64,000 bases of DNA from Fibrobacteria bacterium (lineage in GTDB: Bacteria; Fibrobacterota; Fibrobacteria; UBA11236), in contig JAYTSD010000017.1 in the NCBI GenBank assembly GCA_043745805.1, positions 64,001 to 128,000 on the forward strand, given 5' to 3'. Every line of letters starts with the position of its first letter. The stretch's first letter is position 1. Positions 62,101 to 64,000 of this stretch are shown here, in pieces. Both the position numbers and the translations under genes were made by a program. Below the pieces are notes generated by a model. That model was not told where the DNA came from, searched no databases, and saw nothing but the letters and a program-made list of their open reading frames with translations.

Positions 62101-64000
62101 CTATTCCCAGTGGATTGGTCGCAGTGGGTAATGATCGAACGGTTACTTTAAGCTGGAAAGCCAATACCGAAAATGATTTTCTCTGCTATTTCATTTATCA
62201 GCGAGCGTCCAATGGAGCATTATTCCTTATTGATTCTATTGCGAATATTAATCAAGTTTCAAAAACAGTTACGGGATTAAAAAATGGATCGGCTTATGCT
62301 TTTGTAATGTCTGCGGCGGATAAAGTTTTAAATCATAGTGGATTCTCCCAAGAGGTTCTAGCTTCTCCCTTTTATTTAGTGAGTAGCTCATTGAATAATT
62401 TAAACTTTGGAAAAACTCATATTAGTATTTATAAAGATTCGGTATTAATGCTTAATAATTCGAGTTCCTTGCCTGTAACCTTAGATTCAATAGTAATTTC
62501 AAATAGTAATTTTGCTATAACTAGTCCAATAAAGCTGATTCCTGCTAGTGGGCAGCTAATTTTGTCTATAAGGTTCAATTGTCTTCAGTCAATGGGAGGT
62601 GATTTTAATTCTACGTTAAAAATTTATTTTGGAAATTCTACCATCGAAATATCTTTATTGGCAAAAGCTGTGGCTAATCCGTATAGTACAATTGAACAGG
62701 CAAATCCCTCACCTGCAATATGGGATACTACATCCAATATTGCTTTTTTAGCGAGTGCCGATGATTCGGATATTGCTGGCACTGGGGATAAAATTGCATC
62801 CTATTTATGGTCCTCGAATCTTAATGGTATTTTACCAAGTACTAAAAACAGTTTTTTAATACACCCGTCGGGGTTCAAAATCGGTAATCACAAAATCTCT
62901 TTAAGGGTTGTGGATAATGATGGGGATACCTCAGCGATAGTGGAAAAACTTTTAACGATTAAGGGGCGAAAACCTTTTGCCAAAATCGATTCTATAACTC
63001 CCAAGAACCTTATCCTCCGAGGATCAGATAAACCTCATTTTTCATTTACCTCGTATGACCTCGATGAATTAGCAAATTCGGATCATGATAGTTTAGTTAA
63101 TTTTGGAATTTACTCCACTTTACAAGGCAAAATTAGCAGTAATAAAGATACTACCTTGGATTCCATCTCTCTGCAATTAGGTTTACATGGTTTTTATGCA
63201 CGTGCCATTGATAATGAAGGGGATACGGTATTTTCAGATACCCAATGGATTCCTGTTCAAACAGGGGTGGGATTAGCAGTATTAGTTGCGGGCTCACCTT
63301 TTGGTGATTATCGATACCTTTTTGAAAATATCTCCCCCAATTGTAATTGGGCTTATGCCAAATTACGTGAACGAGGATTTACCGATGAATTAATTCAATA
63401 TTTTAATCCAGTGGGTTGGCAAAGTATTGGCGATTCTTTTAGCAATAGTGGTATTGTAGACGTTACCGATATGACGGTAAAAAATTTACGCAAAGCTATA
63501 TTGGATTTGAAGCCTAAGGTTGAAAATGGTGTGCCTTTACTTATATCCTTTTTGGGTCATGGGACCAACAATACTCAATTAGGTAAGTTTTATTTAACTC
63601 CTACTGAGTTTATTACTCCTGATACTTTGAATGCTTGGTTAAATACTTTTACCATTTCTAAATCCATGAATTCTCCTATAGTTATATTATTAGACTTTTG
63701 TTATGCGGGTACTTTTCTCAATAAGTTAAAATCATCTACGCAAAATCGTATTGTAATAGCTTCAGCAGCAGCGGATAGAGTGGCTTATTTTGATGGGGGC
63801 CGATCATTTAGCTATAATATTTTTAAGCAAATTTCCAAAGGCAATAATTTGGCTCAAGCATGGAATACAGCCAATATTTGGTCTGCAAATCTTGGACAAA
63901 ATGCAAGCATCTCATCTAATCCCCAAATGAATGCGAATAGTGATAATAATTACAATGATCTATTAGATATAAATGTATTACAAAACATTTATGTTGGAGG
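59109..64000 (+). CDS. Large exported protein, 3'-truncated: 14 FG-GAP/VCBS repeats, Fn3-like, Ig/PKD-like domains and a C13/legumain-like clan CD peptidase
   Basis: Absent from the ORF track, consistent with no stop before the window end. GAGGG SD, ATG 59109, signal peptide (SIYA-QE); DxDxDGxxD repeats 59298-61410; LAVLVAG, FLGHG (His 63558), ILDFCYAG (Cys 63699). Confidence 0.88.
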   Translation, partial: MVKMPVGFFSKALSKIVFISVITHCASIYAQEFIVLKDNIRSLQDRSYNSAEVGEMKGQVSFLDFNSDGNKDLVFSGNCWPSPGCIELYQNTNGVFSNTHAFDSLENYHLQAGAWADINHDGSLDFVTYEERNNIRLAKFYTYNVTQKKILPLNISLPTGKWTNLSFSFCDIDNDSFPDLLVSGLVDSSLFWPPFTEVYHNENGKSFKSMNMGLLPMWNANMAWADFDKDGYSDLYITGNTGVKNFSAIYPTSMATRVYRNNIGKLNLYATLPSLVYGGAAWGDYDGDGKLDLVVSGTRMPGNTLPATLLYKNNGTGFDLQTNTPFDSLCFGSVSFADMDKDGDPDLLLTGEISESAPLTKIFRNDKSVFVDMQSNLPSLTHGVSSWGDFDGDGNMDIFLSGINANKESSAHLFHNIRGDFEPLNSFSSPIIASTLHWIDYDNDKKLDFFISDNSESKLYRNIGNGQFLAENTNLPIGSTQSDLGDFDNDGKVDIVMVGTNTATNDAVTILQNKGDGNFLDTKIKILGTTNPGLITIDGAKWGDYDNDGKLDLVVWGHDYKIGNNPFTKVFHNEGDWTFSELTKIFTGITRGQISWGDFNRDGRLDLALAGDSLESSYTPFVKIYRNENGVLNTTNDNISPLSHTSFAWGDFDNDGDLDFALSGEYRVGSAFDSTITRIFRNNGGVFEQFGQSLIGVFNGQILWIDADNDGDLDLIMNGGYLDSPYKNARILRNEGNRFTAIPPVFPNYSPTVMDVGDFDGDGKVDLLVSGSSWSVPSGTFIYKNTVLTANTLPSVPPNANATLGFSSVTLAWDNSTDNETSSSGLQYNVQVGKASGGFEILSSASHSDGILRANQMGNASHANFKNLIGLAPGKYFWKVQAIDNALGGSSFSPEGKFTIGITTPTLLETGAGNSQVTLKWKKLTDSNFQRYYLYYGLITNPSNKMDSVSLANDTVKVISELQNGQLYYFRVSAIDQGGNPSGYSNELTAIPDGTPPAIPSGLVAVGNDRTVTLSWKANTENDFLCYFIYQRASNGALFLIDSIANINQVSKTVTGLKNGSAYAFVMSAADKVLNHSGFSQEVLASPFYLVSSSLNNLNFGKTHISIYKDSVLMLNNSSSLPVTLDSIVISNSNFAITSPIKLIPASGQLILSIRFNCLQSMGGDFNSTLKIYFGNSTIEISLLAKAVANPYSTIEQANPSPAIWDTTSNIAFLASADDSDIAGTGDKIASYLWSSNLNGILPSTKNSFLIHPSGFKIGNHKISLRVVDNDGDTSAIVEKLLTIKGRKPFAKIDSITPKNLILRGSDKPHFSFTSYDLDELANSDHDSLVNFGIYSTLQGKISSNKDTTLDSISLQLGLHGFYARAIDNEGDTVFSDTQWIPVQTGVGLAVLVAGSPFGDYRYLFENISPNCNWAYAKLRERGFTDELIQYFNPVGWQSIGDSFSNSGIVDVTDMTVKNLRKAILDLKPKVENGVPLLISFLGHGTNNTQLGKFYLTPTEFITPDTLNAWLNTFTISKSMNSPIVILLDFCYAGTFLNKLKSSTQNRIVIASAAADRVAYFDGGRSFSYNIFKQISKGNNLAQAWNTANIWSANLGQNASISSNPQMNANSDNNYNDLLDINVLQNIYVG

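Overview
AT-rich bacterial chromosomal segment, probably Fibrobacterota or another FCB-group lineage (inferred from the C-terminal sorting domains, the C25 peptidase and gene content). It is densely coding, and I saw no rRNA, tRNA, CRISPR array or mobile element. The left end has a 5'-truncated giant surface protein (DUF2341/LamG/beta-helix with a T9SS-like CTD) and a VWA protein. The middle is mostly housekeeping and envelope genes: gcvT, ftsK, an MlaEFD/MCE operon, lnt, rsmI, a C25 peptidase, cmk-rpsA, pepP, leuCD, pilB-pilT-pilC-pilS, STAS-flgM, spoVG, comM, gpmI, RNA methyltransferases, recO and gluQ. The right end (about 54.2-64 kb) is the best candidate for an undescribed system. It is a coupled operon: ECF sigma, zinc anti-sigma with a periplasmic DUF4384-like domain, exported caspase-like protease fused to a putative outer-membrane beta-barrel, and a lipoprotein. 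It is followed by a >1600-aa FG-GAP/Fn3/PKD protein with a second clan-CD (C13-like) protease, which is missing from the ORF track. Non-coding signals include a candidate structured sRNA after gluQ, a 10-bp-phased TTCAC array plus sigma54 promoter before spoVG, a sigma28 promoter before flgM, and an SD-sequestering hairpin before gcvT. Domain calls are from motif recognition by eye, not database searches.
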